A DNA stretch of 64,000 bases, taken from NCBI RefSeq assembly GCF_009914755.1, contig NC_060948.1; one strand, 5' to 3'. A model generated the notes under the pieces. That model worked only from the letters and a program-made list of their open reading frames with translations. It did not search any database and was not told the origin of the DNA. The stretch comes from the human T2T-CHM13v2.0 reference genome, Homo sapiens. The translations under genes were made by a program, and so were the position numbers. Below, piece by piece: positions 51,701 to 64,000 of the stretch (positions are counted from its first letter, which is position 1; the number at the start of each line of letters is the position of its first letter).

Positions 51701-54700
51701 ATCGAATGGCATGGAATATAAAGAAATGGATTCGAAGAGAATGGAAACAAATGGAATGGAATTGAATGGAATGGAATTGAATGGAATGGGAACGAATGGA
51801 GTGAAATTGTATGCAGTAGAAGAGAATAGAATGGAATGCAAGCGAAAGGAAAGGAATGGATTGGAATGGAATGGAATTCATTGGAATGGAAGGGAATGTA
51901 GTGTAATGGACAGGCCTGGAATAAAGTGGAATGCTACGGTCTCGAATGGAATAAAAATGTATGGAATGGAATGCAATGAAACGGAATCGAATGTCATAGA
52001 ATGTAATGGAATGCAAAAAAATGGAATCCAAAATCATTGACTGGAAAGGCTGGGTGTCGAAAGGAATTGACTCCAATGGAATGGAATCGAATGGCATGGA
52101 AGTGAATAGAATGGAACTAAATCGAATGGAATGGAATTGATAGGAACGGAATGGAAAGGAATGCAATGATTTGGCATGGAATGGAATCGAATGGCATCGA
52201 ATGGAATGGAATGGAATGCAATGGAATGGAATGTATTAGAATGTAATGAACTTTAATGGAATGTACTCGAATGGATTCAACTGGAATGGAATGTTCTCGA
52301 AGTGAATGGACTCCAATGGAATGGATTCGAAAGGAATGGAATCTAATGGAATGGAATTAAATGGAAATGAATCAAATTGAATAGAACGGAATTGAATTGA
52401 ATGGAATCGAATGCAATGGAATCTAAAGAAAAGGAAAGGAAAGGAATGGAATGGATTGGAATGGAATGGGCTGGAATGGAATGGAATCGAAACGAATGGA
52501 ATGGAATCGAACTGAAGAGACTGGAATGGAATGCACTGGAATGGAAGGGAATGTAATGGAAAGTTCTCAAGAAAAATGGAATCGAAAGGAATGGAATTGA
52601 ATGGAACGGAATAGAGTCGAATGGAATTCAATGGAATGGAATGGACTAGAGTGAAATGGAATCGAACCACAAGGAATGGACAGGAATAGAATGGTCTCGA
52701 ATTGAATGGAATCGTATGGAATGGCATCAAACGGAATGGAATGGACAGCCACGGAATGGAATGCACTCGAATGCAATGGAGTCGACACTAACGGAGTGGA
52801 ATAGAATGGACTCGACTGGTACGGACTCCAATGGAATGGAATCGAATGGAAGGGTATCGAACGGAATGGACTCGAAGGGAAAAGACTGCAATGGAAAGGT
52901 CTCCAATGGAATGGAAATTAATGGAATGGAATGGAATCGAATGAAATGGAGTCAAAAGGAATGGAATCGAATGGCAAGAAATCGAATGTAATGGAATCGC
53001 AAGGAATTGAAGTGAACGGAACGGAATGCAATGGAATCCAAAGGAATGGAATAGAATGGAATGGAATCGAATGGAAAGGACTCGAATGGAAATCACTCGA
53101 ATAGAATGCAATTTAATAAAATAGGATCAAATGTAATGGAATGGAATGGAAAGGAATCGAAACGAAAGGAATGGAGACAGATGGAATGGAATGGAACAGA
53201 GAGCAATGGTATAGAATGGAATGGAATCATCTGGAATGGAATTGAATGGAATGGAATAACATGAAATGGACTGGAATGGAATGGAATGCCCTTGAATTAA
53301 ATGGACTGGAATGGAATGGACTCGAACAGAGTGGAATGGAAAGTGTTGAAATAGAATGGAATGGACTCGTTTGGAATGGTCTAGTATGCAATGCAATCGA
53401 CTGGCAGGGAATCAAAAGGAATGTAATCGAATGGATTGGACTGGAATGCAATGGACTCGAATAGATTGGAAACGGAAAGCAAAGGAATGGAATGGAATAG
53501 TATGGAATGGAATGGAAAGGAATGGAGTGGAATAGACTAGAGTGGAATGGAATGGACTGGAAAGCAATGGACTGGAATGGAACTTTCTTGAATGGACTGG
53601 AATCAAACGGAATGGAATGCAATGCAATCAAATGGCATGGAATAAAATAGAATGAAAGAGAATCAAATGGAATTGAATCGAATGGAATCGAATGGATTGG
53701 AAAGGAATAGAATGGAATGGAACGGAATTGACTCAAATGGAATGGACTAGAATGGAATGGATTCGAATGGAAGGCAAACGAATGGAATCTATTGGAATGG
53801 ACTGTAATGGAATGGAATGGAAGGGATTGGAATGGACTCGAATGGAATGGACTGCAATAGAAAGGATTCGAATGGAATGAAAAAGAATTGAATGAAATAG
53901 AAGAGAATGGAAACAAATCGAATGAAATGGAATGGAAGAGAAAGGAATGGAATGAAATGGAATGGAAAGGATTCGAATGGAATGCAATCGAATGGAATGG
54001 AATCGAACGGAATGGAATAAAATGGAAGAAAACTGGCAAGAAATGGAATCGAAATGAATGGAGTGTTATGGAACGGACTCAAAAGGAATTGAATGTAATA
54101 GAATGGAGTGGAGTGGACTCGAATATAATGGACTGGAATGGAATGAAATCACATGGAATGGGAACGAATGGAATGGAATGGAAAGGAATGGAATCGAATG
54201 GAAAGGAATCGAATGGAAGGGAATGAAATTGAATCAACAGGAATGGAAGGGAGTAGAATAGACGGTAATGGAATGGACTCGAATAGAATGGACACGAATG
54301 CTCAAATTGAATGGACTCGAATGGAATGGAAACGAAAGGAATGTCATCGAATGGAATTGAATCGATTGGAATGAAATCGCATAGAATGGAGTGGAATCAA
54401 AAGGAATTGAATCGAAAGGAAAGGAAGCGAATGGACTGAAATGAAATGGAATGGAATTGAATGGAAAGTAATGCAATGGAATAGAATGGAACGAAATTTC
54501 ACGGAATGGAATCAAACTGAATGGAATCAAATCAATGGAATATAATCAAATGGAATGGAAAGGAATTGAACGGAGTAGATTGGATTGGATGGGATTGGAA
54601 TGAAATGTACTGGAAAGGACTCGAAATTCATGAAACGGAATGGAATGAACTGGAACGGAATGGAATCGAATGGAATGGAATGTCATGTAATGGCATCAAA

Positions 54701-57700
54701 TGGAATGGAATCGAATGCGATGGAATGCTATGGAATGGAATGGAATGCATAGGAATGGAATGTCCTCTAATGGAATGTATTCGAGTGGAATGGAATCGAA
54801 TATAATGGAGTCTAATGAAATGGAATTGAAAGGAATGGGACCGAATACAATGGAATAAACTGGAATGTAATGTAATGAACTCGAATGTAATTGACTGGAA
54901 TGGAATGTACATGAATGGAATGTAATCGAATGGAAAGCAATCCAATGGAATAGAATCTAATGCAATAAAATCGACTCAAATAGAGTAGAATGTAATGGAA
55001 TGGAGTGCAGTGCAATGGAATGGAATGGAATGCAACGGAATGGAATGGAATGGAATGGAATGGGATGGAATGGTATGGAATGGATAGTAATGGACTGGAG
55101 TGAAATGGACTGGAAAAGAATGGACTCAAATTGAAAGGGCTCGAAAGAAATGGAGTCAAATGGAATGGTCTGGAATGGAATGAACACGAATGTAATGCAA
55201 TCCAATAGAATGGAATCGAATGGCATAGAATATAAAGAAATGGAATCGAAGAGAATGGAAACAAATGGAATGGAATTGAATGGAATGGAATTGAATGGAA
55301 TGGGAACGAATGGAGTGAAATTGTATGCAGTAGAAGAGAATAGAATGGAATGCAAGCGAAAGGAAAGGAATGGATTGGAATGGAATGGAATTCATTGGAA
55401 TGGAAGGGAATGTAGTGTAATGGACAGGCCTGGAATAAAGTGGAATGCTACGGTCTCGAATGGAATAAAAATGTATGGAATGGAATGCAATGAAATGGAA
55501 TCGAATGTCATAGAATGTAATGGAATGCAAAAAAATGGACTCCAAAATCATTGACTGGAAAGGCTGGGTGTCGAAAGGAATTGACTCCAATGGAATGGAA
55601 TCGAATGGCATGGAAGTGAATAGAATGGAACTAAATCGAATGGAATGGAATTGATAGGAACGGAATGGAAAGGAATGCAATGATTTGGCATGGAATGGAA
55701 TCGAATGGCATCGAATGGAATGGAATGGAATGCAATGGAATGGAATGTATTAGAATGTAATGAACTTTAATGGAATGTACTCGAATGGATTCGACTGGAA
55801 TGGAATGTTCTCGAAGTGAATGGACTCCAATGGAATGGATTCGAAAGGAATGGAATCTAATGGAATGGAATTAAATGGAAATGAATCAAATTGAATAGAA
55901 CGGAATTGAATTGAATGGAATCGAATGCAATGGAATCTAATGAAAAGGAAAGGAAAGGAATGGAATGGATTGGAATGGAATGGGCTGGAATGGAATGGAA
56001 TCGAAACGAATGGAATGGAATCGAACTGAAGAGACTGGAATGGAATGCACTGGAATGGAAGGGAATGTAATGGAAGGTTCTCAAGAAAAATGGAATCGAA
56101 AGGAATGGAATTGAATGGAACGGAATAGAGTCGAATGGAATTCAATGGAATGGAATGGACTAGAGTGAAATGGAATCGAACCACAAGGAATGGACAGGAA
56201 TAGAATGGTCTCGAATTGAATGGAATCGTATGGAATGGCATCAAACGGAATGGAATGGACAGCCACGGAATGGAATGCACTCGAATGCAATGGAGTCGAC
56301 ACTAACGGAGTGGAATAGAATGGACTCGACTGGTACGGACTCCAATGGAATGGAATCGAATGGAAGGGTATCGAACGGAATGGACTCGAAGGGAAAAGAC
56401 TGCAATGGAATGGTCTCCAATGGAATGGAAATTAATGGAATGGAATGGAATCGAATGAAATGGAGTCAAAAGGAATGGAATCGAATGGCAAGAAATCGAA
56501 TGTAATGGAATCGCAAGGAATTGAAGTGAACGGAACGGAATGCAATGGAATCCAAAGGAATGGAATAGAATGGAATGGAATCGAATGGAAAGGACTCGAA
56601 TGGAAATCACTCGAATAGAATGCAATTTAATAAAATAGGATCAAATGTAATGGAATGGAATGGAAAGGAATCGAAACGAAAGGAATGGAGACAGATGGAA
56701 TGGAATGGAACAGAGAGCAATGGTATAGAATGGAATGGAATCATCTGGAATGGAATTGAATGGAATGGAATAACATGAAATGGACTGGAATGGAATGGAA
56801 TGCCCTTGAATTAAATGGACTGGAATGGAATGGACTCGAACAGAGTGGAATGGAAAGTGTTGAAATAGAATGGAATGGACTCGTTTGGAATGGTCTAGTA
56901 TGCAATGCAATCGACTGGCAGGGAATCAAAAGGAATGTAATCGAATGGATTGGACTGGAATGCAATGGACTCGAATAGATTGGAAACGGAAAGCAAAGGA
57001 ATGGAATGGAATAGTATGGAATGGAATGGAAAGGAATGGAGTGGAATAGACTAGAGTGGAATGGAATGGACTGGAAAGCAATGGACTGGAATGGAACTTT
57101 CTTGAATGGACTGGAATCAAACGGAATGGAATGCAATGCAATCAAATGGCATGGAATAAAATAGAATGAAAGAGAATCAAATGGAATTGAATCGAATGGA
57201 ATCGAATGGATTGGAAAGGAATAGAATGGAATGGAACGGAATTGACTCAAATGGAATGGACTAGAATGGAATGGATTCGAATGGAAGGCAAATGAATGGA
57301 ATCTATTGGAATGGACTGTAATGGAATGGAATGGAAGGGATTGGAATGGACTCGAATGGAATGGACTGCAATAGAAAGGATTCGAATGGAATGAAAAAGA
57401 ATTGAATGGAATAGAACAGAATGGAATCAAATCGAATGAAATGGAATGGAAGAGAAAGGAATGGAATGAAATGGAATGGAAAGGATTCGAATGGAATGCA
57501 ATCGAATGGAATGGAATCGAACGGAATGGAATAAAATGGAAGAAAACTGGCAAGAAATGGAATCGAAATGAATGGAGTGTTATGGAACGGACTCAAAAGG
57601 AATTGAATGTAATAGAATGGAGTGGAGTGGACTCGAATATAATGGACTGGAATGGAATGAAATCACATGGAATGGGAACGAATGGAATGGAATGGAAAGG

Positions 57701-60700
57701 AATGGAATCGAATGGAAAGGAATCGAATGGAAGGGAATGAAATTGAATCAACAGGAATGGAAGGGAGTAGAATAGACGGTAATGGAATGGACTCGAATAG
57801 AATGGACACGAATGCTCAAATTGAATGGACTCGAATGGAATGGAAACGAAAGGAATGTCATCGAATGGAATTGAATCGATTGGAATGAAATCGCATAGAA
57901 TGGAGTGGAATCAAATGGAATTGAATCGAAAGGAAAGGAAGCGAATGGACTGAAATGAAATGGAATGGAATTGAATGGAAAGTAATGCAATGGAATAGAA
58001 TGGAACGAAATTTCACGGAATGGAATCAAACTGAATGGAATCAAATCAATGGAATATAATCAAATGGAATGGAAAGGAATTGAATGGAGTAGATTGGATT
58101 GGATGGGATTGGAATGAAATGTACTGGAAAGGACTCGAAATTCATGAAACGGAATGGAATGAACTGGAACGGAATGGAATCGAATGGAATGGAATGTCAT
58201 GGAATGGCATCAAATGGAATGGAATCGAATGCGATGGAATGCTATGGAATGGAATGGAATGCATAGGAATGGAATGTCCTCTAATGGAATGTATTCGAGT
58301 GGAATGGAATCGAATATAATGGAGTCTAATGAAATGGAATTGAAAGGAATGGGACCGAATACAATGGAATAAACTGGAATGTAATGTAATGAACTTGAAT
58401 GTAATTGACTGGAATGGAATGTACATGAATGGAATGTAATCGAATGGAAAGCAATCCAATGGAATAGAATCTAATGCAATAAAATCGACTCAAATAGAGT
58501 AGAATGTAATGGAATGGAGTGCAGTGCAATGGAATGGAATGGAATGCAACGGAATGGAATGGAATGGAATGGAATGGGATGGAATGGTATGGAATGGATA
58601 GTAATGGACTGGAGTGAAATGGACTGGAAAAGAATGGACTCAAATTGAAAGGGCTCGAAAGGAATGGAGTCAAATGGAATGGTCTGGAATGGAATGAACA
58701 CGAATGTAATGCAATCCAATAGAATGGAATCGAATGGCATGGAATATAAAGAAATGGAATCGAAGAGAATGGAAACAAATGGAATGGAATTGAATGGAAT
58801 GGAATTGAATGGAATGGGAACGAATGGAGTGAAATTGTATGCAGTAGAAGAGAATAGAATGGAATGCAAGCGAAAGGAAAGGAATGGATTGGAATGGAAT
58901 GGAATTCATTGGAATGGAAGGGAATGTAGTGTAATGGACAGGCCTGGAATAAAGTGGAATGCTACGGTCTCGAATGGAATAAAAATGTATGGAATGGAAT
59001 GCAATGAAACGGAATCGAATGTCATAGAATGTAATGGAATGCAAAAAAATGGACTCCAAAATCATTGACTGGAAAGGCTGGGTGTCGAAAGGAATTGACT
59101 CCAATGGAATGGAATCGAATGGAATGGAAGTGAATAGAATCGAACTAAATCGAATGGAATGGAATTGATAGGAACGGAATGGAAAGGAATGCAATGATTT
59201 GGCATGGAATGGAATCGAAAGGCATCGAATGGAATGGAATGGAATGCAATGGAATGGAATGTATTAGAATGTAATGAACATTAATGGAAAGTACTCGAAT
59301 GGATTCGACTGGAATGGAATGTTCTGGAAGTGAATGGACTCCAATGGAATGGATTCGAAAGGAATGGAATCGAACGGAATGGAATTAAACGGAAATGAAT
59401 CAAATAGAATAGAACGGAATTGAATTGAATGGAATCGAATGCAATGGAATCTAATGAAACGGAAAGGAATGGAATGGAATGGGCTGGAATGGAATGGAAT
59501 CGAAACGAATGGAATGGAATCGAACTGAAGAGACTGGAATGGAATGCACTGGAATGGAAGGGAATGTAATGGAAGGTTCTCGAAAAAAATGGAATCGAAA
59601 GGAATGGAATTGAATGGAACGGAATAGAGTCGAATGGAATTCAATGGAATGGAATGGACTAGAGTCAAATGGAATCGAACCACAAGGAATGGACAGGAAT
59701 AGAATGGTCTCGAATTGAATGGAATCGTATGGAATGGCATCAAACGGAATGGAATGGACGGCCACGGAATGGAATGCACTCGAATGCAATGGAGTCGAAA
59801 CTAATGGACTGGAATAGAATGGACTCGACTGGTACGGACTCCAATGGAATGGAATCGAATGGAAGGGAATCGAACGGAAGGGAATCGAACGGAATGGACT
59901 CGAAGGGAAAAGACTGCAATGGAAAGGTCTCGAATGGAATGGAAATTAATGGAATGGAATGGAATCGAATGAAATGGAGTCAAAAGGAATGGAATCGAAT
60001 GGCAAGAAATCGAATGTAATGGAATCGCAAGGAATTGATGTGAACGGAACGGAATGGAATGGAATCCAAAGGAATGGAATAGAATGGAATGGAATCGAAT
60101 GGAAAGGACTCGAATGGAAATCACTCGAATAGAATGCAATTTAATAAAATAGGATCAAATGTAATGGAATGGAATGGAAAGGAATCGAAACGAAAGGAAT
60201 GGAGACAGATGGAATGGAATGGAACAGAGAGCAATGGTATAGAATGGAATGGAATCATCTGGAATGGAATTGAATGGAATGGAATAATATGAAATGGAAT
60301 GGAATGGAATGGAATGTCCTTGAATTAAATGGACTGGAATGGAATGGACTCGAACAGAGTGGAATGGAAAGTGTTGAAATAGCATGGAATGGACTCGTTT
60401 GGAATGGTGTAGTATGCAATGCAATCGACTGGCAGGGAATCAAAAGGAATGTAATCGAATGGATTGGACTGGAATGCAATGGACTCGAATAGATTGGAAA
60501 CGGAATGCAAAGGAATGGAATGGAATAGTATGGAATGGAATGGAAAGGAATGGAGTGGAATAGACTAGAGTGGAATGGAATGGACTCGAAAGCAATGGAC
60601 TGGAATGGAACTTTCTTGAATGGACTGGAATCAAACGGAATGGAATGCAATGCAATCAAATGGCATGGAATAAAATAGAATGAAAGAGAATCAAACGGAA

Positions 60701-63700
60701 TTGAATCGAATGGAATCGAATGGATTGGAAAGGAATAGAATGGAATGGAATGGAATTGACTCAAATGGAATGGACTAGAATGGAATGGATTCGAATGGAA
60801 GGCAAAGGAATGGAATCTATTGGAATGGACTGTAATGGAATGGAATGGAAGGGATTGGAATGGACTCGAATGGAATGGACTGCAGTAGAAAGGATTCGAA
60901 TGGAATGAAAAAGAATTGAATGGAATAGAACACAATGGAATCAAACCTCATGAAATAGAATGGAATAGAAAGGAATGGAATGAAATCGAATGGAAAGGAT
61001 TCGAATGGAATGCAATCGAATGGAATGCAATCGAATGGAATGGAATCGAACGGAATGGAATAAAATGGAAGAAAACTGGCAAGAAATGGAATCGAAATGA
61101 ATGGAGTGTTAAGGAACGGACTCAAAAGGAATTGAATGTAATAGAATGGAGTGGAGTGGACTCGAATATAATGGACTGGAATGGAATGAAATCACATGGA
61201 ATGGGAACGAATGGAATGGAATGGAAAGGAATGGAATCGAATGGAAAGGAATCGAATGGAAGGGAATGAAATTGAATCAACAGGAATGGAAGGGAATAGA
61301 ATAGACGGTAATGGAATGGACTCGAATAGAATGGACACGAATGCTCAAATTGAATGGACTCGAATGGAATGGAAATGAAAGGAATGTCATCGAATGCAAT
61401 TCAATCGATTGGAATGAAATCGCATAGGATGGAGTGGAATCAAATGGAATTGAATCGAAAGGAAAAGAAGCGAATTGACTGAAATGAAATGGAATGGAAT
61501 GGAATGGAAAGTAATGCAACGGAATAGAATGGATTGAAATTTCACGGAATGGAATCAAACTGAATGGAATCAAATCAATGGAATATAATCAAATGGAATG
61601 GAAAGGAATTGAATGGAGTAGATTGTATTGGATGGGATTGGAATGAAATGTACTGGAAAGGACTCGAATTTCATGAAACGGAATGGAATGTATCAGAACG
61701 GAATGGACTCGAATGGAATTGAATGTCACGGAATGGCATCAAATGGAATGGCATCAATTGGAATAGAATCGAATGCAATGAAATGCTATGGAATGGAATG
61801 GAATGCATTGGAATGGAATGTCCTCTAATGGAATGGATTCGAGTGGAATGGAATCGAATATAATGGAGTCTAATGAAATGGAATTGAAAGGAATGGGATC
61901 CAATACAATGGAATATACTGGAATGTAATGTAATGAACTCGAATGTAATCGACTGGAATGGAATGTACATGAGTGGAATGTAATCGAATGGAAAGTAATC
62001 CAATGGAATAGAATCTAATGCAATAAAATCGACTCAAATAGAGTAGAATGTAATGGAATGGAGTGCAGTGCAATGGAATGGAATGGAATGGGATGGAATG
62101 GTATGGAATGGATAGTAATGGACTGGAGTGAAATGGACTGGAAAATAATGGACTCAAATTGAAAGGGCTCGAAAGGAATGGAGTCAAATGGAATGGTCTG
62201 GAATGGAATGAACACGAATGTAATGCAATCCAATAGAATGGAATCGAATGGCATGGAATATAAAGAAATGGAATCGAAGAGAATGGAAACAAATGGAATG
62301 GAATTGAATGGAATGGAATTGAATGGAATGGGAACGAATGGAGTGAAATTGTATGCAGTAGAAGAGAATAGAATGGAATGCAAGCGAAAGGAAAGGAATG
62401 GATTGGAATGGAATGGAATTCATTGGAATGGAAGGGAATGTAGTGTAATGGACAGGCCTGTAATAAAGTGGAATGCTACGGTCTCGAATGGAATAAAAAT
62501 GTATGGAATGGAATGCAATGAAACGGAATCGAATGTCATAGAAGTAATGGAATGCAAAAAAATGGACTCCAAAATCATTGACTGGAAAGGCTGGGTGTCG
62601 AAAGGAATTTACTCCAATGGAATGGAATCGAATGGAATGGAAGTGAATAGAATCGAACTAAATCGAACGGAATGGAATTGATAGGAACGGAATGGAAAGG
62701 AATGCAATGATTTCGCATGGAATGGAATCGAATGGCATCGAATGGAATGGAATGGAATGCAATGGAATGGAATGTATTAAAATGTAATGAACTTTAATGG
62801 AATGTACTCGAATGGATTCGACTGGAATGGAATGTTCTCGAAGTGAATGGACTCCAATGGAATGGATTCGAAAGGAATGGAATCTAATGGAATGGAATTA
62901 AATGGAAATGAATCAAATTGAATAGAACGGAATTGAATTGAATGGAATCGAATGCAATGGAATCTAATGAAACGGAAAGGAAAGGAATGGAATGGAATGG
63001 AATGGAATGGGCTGGAATGGAATGGAATCGAAACGAATGGAATGGAATCGAACTGAAGAGACTGGAATGGAATACACTGGAATGGAAGGGAATGTAATGG
63101 AAGGTTCTCGAAAAAAATGTAATTGAAAGGAATGGAATTGAGTGGAACGGAATAGAGTCGAATGGAATTCAATGGAATGGAATGGACTAGAGTGAAATGG
63201 AATCGAACCACAAGGAATGGACAGGAATAGAATGGTCTCGAATTGAATGGAATCGTATCGAATGGCATCAAACGGAATGGAATGGACAGCCACGGAATGG
63301 AATGCACTCGAATGCAATGGAGTCGAAACTAATGGACTGGAATAGAATGGACTCGACTGGTACGGACTCCAATGGAATGGAATCGAATGGAAGGGAATCG
63401 AACGGAATGGACTCGAAGGGAAAAGACTGCAATGGAAAGGTCTCGAATGGAATGGAAATTAATGGAATGGAATGGAATCGAATGAAATGGAGTCAAAAGG
63501 AATGGAATCGAATGGCAAGAAATCGAATGTAATGGAATCGCAAGGAATTGATGTGAACGGAACGGAATGGAATGGAATCCAAAGGAATGGAATAGAATGG
63601 AATGGAATCGAATGGAAAGGACTCGAATGGAAATCACTCGAATAGAATGCAATTTAATAAAATAGGATCAAATGTAATGGAATGGAATGGAAAGGAATCG

Positions 63701-64000
63701 AAACGAAAGGAATGGAGACAGATGGAATGGAATGGAACAGAGAGCAATGGTATAGAATGGAATGGAATCATCTGGAATGGAATTGAATGGAATGGAATAA
63801 CATGAAATGGACTGGAATGGAATGGAATGCCCTTGAATTAAATGGACTGGAATGGAATGGACTCGAACAGAGTGGAATGGAAAGTGTTGAAATAGAATGG
63901 AATGGACTCGTTTGGAATGGTCTAGTATGCAATGCAATCGACTGGCAGGGAATCAAAAGGAATGTAATCGAATGGATTGGACTGGAATGCAATGGACTTG

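Larger units (their letters stand above)
22243..64000 (+). repeat. DYZ1: DYZ1 / HSat3 (GGAAT)n-derived satellite array with ~3.55-kb unit
   Basis: Degenerate GGAAT pentamers throughout. The landmark ACTGGCAGGG recurs at 22282, 25061, 28605, 32154, 35698, 39227, 42781, 46350, 49861, 53400, 56914, 60428 and 63941, giving periods of 2779, 3544, 3549, 3544, 3529, 3554, 3569, 3511, 3539, 3514, 3514 and 3513. Each full unit has one conserved HaeIII site (27108, 30657, 34201, 37750, 41284, 44838, 48377, 51913, 55427, 58941, 62455) with a nearby EcoRI site (e.g. 27069), as expected for the '3.4-kb' Y repeat. Confidence 0.96.

Noticed and set aside
22294-63992. MEWNG- and FHSIP-repeat ORFs up to 275 aa
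   Set aside because: They are the expected translations of (GGAAT)n and (ATTCC)n, which lack stops in pure form. They overlap in several frames on both strands, and nothing supports coding.

Overview
Human satellite DNA with no credible protein-coding or RNA genes. It matches a DYZ2/DYZ1 block boundary of Yq12 heterochromatin; this assignment comes from recognising the repeat families and their periods, not from a database search. Positions 1-22242 are a head-to-tail DYZ2 (HSat1B) array of ~2.42-kb composite units, each a minus-strand Alu (~290 bp), a moderately GC HSATI segment (~570 bp) and a very AT-rich block (~1.55 kb). The last units grow more diverged, one lacks its Alu through a ~1.12-kb deletion, and the last is truncated. 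Positions 22243-64000 are DYZ1 (HSat3, GGAAT on + throughout) with a ~3.51-3.57-kb unit: 12 periods plus the start of a 13th. The first period is shortened to 2779 bp. All supplied ORFs are translations of satellite sequence. I found no evidence for a new gene-based system. The notable signal is structural and cis-regulatory: an ancestral-looking array edge, a near-blunt junction, nested 3.5/7.1/14.1-kb duplications, a DYZ1 subfamily switch, and three perfect heat-shock elements per DYZ1 unit.
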